DNA of 27,301 nt from Octopus sinensis (Eukaryota). The DNA lies in the NCBI RefSeq assembly GCF_006345805.1, contig NW_021834765.1, positions 1 to 27,301 on the forward strand, written 5' to 3'. Shown in pieces: positions 23,746 through 27,301 of the stretch. How positions within the stretch are numbered: position 1 is the first letter of the stretch; each line of letters starts with the position of its first letter. Position numbers and translations under genes: made by a program. Under the pieces are notes generated by a model. It did no database searches and was not told the origin of the DNA. It was given only the letters and a program-made list of their open reading frames with translations.

Positions 23746-23811
23746 TTATGCATCGAAGAAGTACAACCAATTTATTGCAGATAAATTTTAACAGCAAAAT
23801 CTTAAATGGAC

Positions 23812-24203
23812 CCCCAAAGGCACCAGGGACCCTGTAGTAACTGGAAGCACTCCGTCGGTTCGACGACGAGGGTTGATCCGGGAATAGCCTGCTCGTGAAA
23901 TTAACGTGTAAGTGCTGACCTCCACAGACACGTGTACCTTAACGTAGTTCTCAGGATATTCAGTGTGCACAGAGAGTGACAAGGCCGGCCCTTTGAAATA
24001 CAGGTACAACAGAACAGGAAGTAAGAGTGAGAGAAAGTTGTTGGAAAGAGTACAGCAGGGATCACCACCATCCCCTGCCGGAGCCTCGTGGAGCTTTAGG
24101 TGTTTTCGCTCAATAAACACTCACAACGCCCGGTCTGGGAATCGAAACCACGATCCTATGACCGCGAGTCCGCTGCTCTAACCACAGGGCCATTGCGCCT
24201 CCA
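23812..24203 (-). mobile_element. tRNA-derived SINE family C
   Basis: Minus-strand head TGGAGGCGCAATGGCCCTGTGGTTAGAGCAGCGGACTCGCGGTCATAGGATCGTGGTTTCGATTCCC with A and B boxes; 3' boundary approximate. Confidence 0.8.
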
Positions 24204-24552
24204 CCTGTAGTAACTATTGACATCTTCATACCACGCAGTGCCATTTTGTCACTATTTTCGTTGTTTCAAATGTGTTTTTTTTTCTTTTTCTTTTTGTTTC
24301 TTATTCGTCTTCTTTCCATATTCTTTCTTGTGGGGCGGGGTAAGTCAAACATCTGTCAACAGGTACGAGATCTGAGCCATATGATATGAAGAGACCACCG
24401 GCCGATAGATAAATTGTTGTTTCTCTTCATGTCATCATTTTGTCCTCCTTTTTTTTTTTTACTTTTGTTTATTTTAGCTTTGATTTGGTTTTTGGCGAAT
24501 GTCTTCAAGCTGTCGCAAACATAAACCTACGGTTTAACTTCCGAAAAAAAAA

Positions 24553-24582
24553 ATATATATACTACATACATACATACATACA

Positions 24583-24615
<33 letters not shown>

Positions 24616-24856
24616 GTATATACGTATACATACACGTATATATATATGTGTATATATATTATAATATATAATATATATATATAATATAATATATATATAT
24701 TATATATATTATATATATATATATATATATAACCCTGTATCCAGAGTAACGGAAAGCCAAACTAACAACACTTTTGAAAATTGTTTTACAATAAAGAAAA
24801 ACTGCAGGCACCACGCTAGTTTATTTACGCTCGCTTTCGCCATTTTGAAATGTTTG

Positions 24857-24897
<41 letters not shown>

Positions 24898-24988
24898 CTG
24901 TGTGTGTGTGTGTATGTATATATATGTGTGTGTGTGTGTGCCTGTGTGTGTGTGTGTGTGTGTGTGTGCCTGTGTGTGTGTGTGTATG

Positions 24989-25026
<38 letters not shown>
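24553..25026. repeat. (TACA)n/(TA)n/(TG)n microsatellites
   Basis: Direct inspection; interrupted by ~130 bp of unique sequence. Confidence 0.9.
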
Positions 25027-25030
<4 letters not shown>

Positions 25031-25120
25031 ATCGTTTTGTTTTGTTTGTGGAAATTGCTTACTGTGCACCTCCTACTAGTTAATAAGCTGGTATTATTCA
25101 TAATAGTGTATCCCTGGGAC

Positions 25121-25317
25121 AGCAAGCTGGCTGAATTGTTAGCATGTGGGTCTTGGTTCTGGGTTCACTACGTTCTGAGTTCGAATGCCGCCGAAATCAT
25201 TTTGCCTCCCTTTCATTCTTACAGGGGTCGCTAAAATAAATACAAGTACTGGGGACCGATATAATTGACTTACACTGTCTCCCAAAACTGCTAGTCCTGC
25301 CCCAAAATTTTAAACCT
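25121..25317 (+). mobile_element. SINE family B, old monomer
   Basis: GCAAGCTGGCTGAATTGTTAGCA...TACGTTCTGAGTTCGAATGCCGCCGA...GGGGTCG. Confidence 0.7.
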
Positions 25318-25337
25318 TTATACTGTATCTCTCGATC

Positions 25338-26497
25338 GGCGATTTAGATGAAATCGTCTGAGCGTCAGTAAAAAACACCTTACGGTATTTATGATCTGAG
25401 GCGAGCTGGCAGAAACGTTAGCACGCCGGGCGAAATGCTTAGCGGTATTTCGTCTGCGTTACGTTGTGAGTTCAAATTCCGCCGAGGTCGACTTTGCCTT
25501 TCATCCTTTCGGGGTCGATAAATTAAGTACCAGTTACGCACTGGGGATCGATGTAATCGACTTAATACCTATGTCTGTCCTTGTTTGTCCCCTCTGTGTT
25601 TAGCTCCTTGTGGGTAATAAAGAAATAGGTATTTCGTCTGCTGTTACGTTGTGAGTTCAAATTCCGCCGAGGTCGACTTTGCCTTTCAATCCTTTCGGGG
25701 TCGATCAAATAAGTACCAGTTACGCACTGGGTCGATGTAATCGACTTAATACCTATGTCTGTCCTTGTTTGTCCCCCTCTATGTTTAGCCCCTGTGGGTA
25801 ATAAAGAAATAGGTATTTTCGCACCGTTACGTTGTGTTCAAATTCCGCCGAGGTCGACTTTGCCTTTCATCCTTTCGGGGTCGATAAATTAAGTACCAGT
25901 TACGCACTGGGGTCGATGTAATCGACTTAATCCGTTTGTCTGTCCTTGTTTTCCCTTCTGTGTTTAGCCCCTTGTGGGTAATAAAGAAATAGGTATTTCG
26001 TCTGCCGTTACGTTGTGAGTTCAAATTCCGCCGAGGTCGACTTTGCCTTTCATCCTTTCGGGGTCGATAAATTAAGTACCAGCTACGTACTGGGGTCGAT
26101 GTAATCGACTTAATACCTATGTCTGTCCTTGTTTGTCCCCTCTATGTTTAGCCCCTTGTGGGTAATAAAGAAATAGGTATTTCGTCTGCCGTTACGTTGT
26201 GAGTTCAAATTCCGCCGAGGTCGACTTTGCCTTTCATCCTTTCGGGGTCGATAAATTAAGTACCAGTTACGCACTGGGGTCGATGTAATCGACTTTACAC
26301 CTATGTCTGTCCTTGTTTGTCCCTTCTATGTTTAGCCCCTTCTGGGTAATAAAAAAATAGGTATTTATGATCTGAGATGAAAATCTACTAGGTCAGCTTT
26401 GTAGTTAATCTTTCCTCGATCGATAAAGTACTAGGCTTAATGATATCGACTAATCTCTACCCTCAAAATTGTTGTCCTTGTGCCAACATCAGAAACT
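25338..26497 (+). mobile_element. Highly degenerate SINE family B copy that hosts the young pentamer
   Basis: 25338-25400 resembles the B head; 26377-26497 resembles the body and older tail (CAAAATTGTTGTCCTTGTGCCAA). Confidence 0.55.
25401..26359 (+). mobile_element. SINE family B pentamer (head plus five ~184-bp units) with perfect 17-bp TSD
   Basis: Units start at 25444, 25628, 25812, 25992 and 26176; GGTATTTATGATCTGAG at 25384-25400 and 26360-26376. Confidence 0.95.
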
Positions 26498-26588
26498 ATT
26501 CAATCTACTGTATCTCCAAATCTTATTCACTTTACAAATTTGTATGCAAATTTTATCCATTTTCTTCATTTTCTTATTTAAAAAGGTG

Positions 26589-26620
<32 letters not shown>

Positions 26621-26621
26621 G

Positions 26622-26665
<44 letters not shown>

Positions 26666-26710
26666 CGTGTGTGTGTATGTGTGTATGTATTATAATATAT
26701 ATATATATAT

Positions 26711-27301
26711 AATAACAATTAGGATGGCCTAAACAGGCCATTCGTCCACCAGAAAGAGCAGCCAGAACTCCAACCGCCAAGTAGTGTAATTCGGAAATAA
26801 GGTGAAAATTTAAAAACATTTACCCTAATTCATCTTTTATACGATGCATCGTTTCAGTGTCTTTAATGATAGACCAGCTTAATTAAATTAAATTAAGCTA
26901 GTCTACCATAGGTCACACTTCATCAGTAAAAGAAACCTGGGAGAGACGGATTACACGAGGCGACTGTATCAACCTCGGGAATATCTGTCTTAAAATTTTC
27001 AAGACCAACGCATTCGCGCCAAACTTATCGGCAGCAAATATAAACTGCCGATTCAATCTCAGAATTAGTCAAAAATTATCAATTAATCAATTAGGGTAGC
27101 AAAAAATTCAGTAAAAAAATTTTTCGCCACCAGCGGCCTGGTGGAAAAAGAAAATAGTCAAAGACTAAATAGATAATATAACAATTTAGGAATGGCCTAA
27201 ACAGGCCATTCGTCCACCAGAAGAGCAGCCAGAACTCCAACCGCCAAGTAGTGTAATTCGGAAATAAGGTGAAAATTTAAAAACATTTACCCTAATTCAT
27301 C
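26711..27301 (-). mobile_element. Hammerhead-containing tandem repeat, period ~468 bp (retrozyme or Penelope pLTR), runs off the window
   Basis: ATGGCCTAAACAGGCCATTCGTCCACCAG at 26724 and 27192; identity continues to the window end; the unit contains a hammerhead and several hairpins. Confidence 0.75.
26833..26933 (-). ncRNA. Type I hammerhead ribozyme with extended stem II
   Basis: Minus strand TCTTTTA-CTGATGA-AGTGT-[long hairpin]-ACACT-GAAA-CGATGCATCG-TA-TAAAAGA: 7-bp stem I, canonical core, palindromic stem III, GUA cleavage site between 26840 and 26839. Confidence 0.9.

Noticed and set aside
24130-24203. tRNA gene (also 9150-9222 and 12516-12575)
   Set aside because: A and B boxes are present but there is no clean cloverleaf, and the heads continue into multi-copy SINE bodies
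25401-26359. Regular array as a possible CRISPR
   Set aside because: The 184-bp units repeat in full with no unique spacers, the context is eukaryotic, and there are no cas genes

Overview
Gene-free, AT-rich, microsatellite-dense eukaryotic DNA, either intergenic or intronic. The SINE families look like those of octopus (coleoid cephalopod), which is recalled and not database-checked. No intact protein-coding gene is supported, and almost all ORFs in the track are microsatellite artefacts. The window is a mosaic of three tRNA-derived SINE families, three non-autonomous Helitrons, Tc1/mariner and hAT MITEs, a long-TIR foldback element carrying a LINE 3' end, mariner and R4/Dong-like coding remnants, a ~893-bp tandem duplication and a perfect 106-bp palindrome. 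The most interesting signals are RNA-level. (1) A complete type I hammerhead ribozyme (26833-26933, minus) sits inside a hairpin-rich ~468-bp tandem repeat, as expected for a retrozyme or Penelope pLTR. (2) A second, minimal hammerhead lies at 16110-16152, and an inverted pair of hammerhead-like variants lies at 2567-2783. (3) One SINE inserts as 184-bp head-to-tail multimers bounded by single TSDs that often begin with the sequence of the next repeat unit, which hints at a multimeric or circular RNA template.
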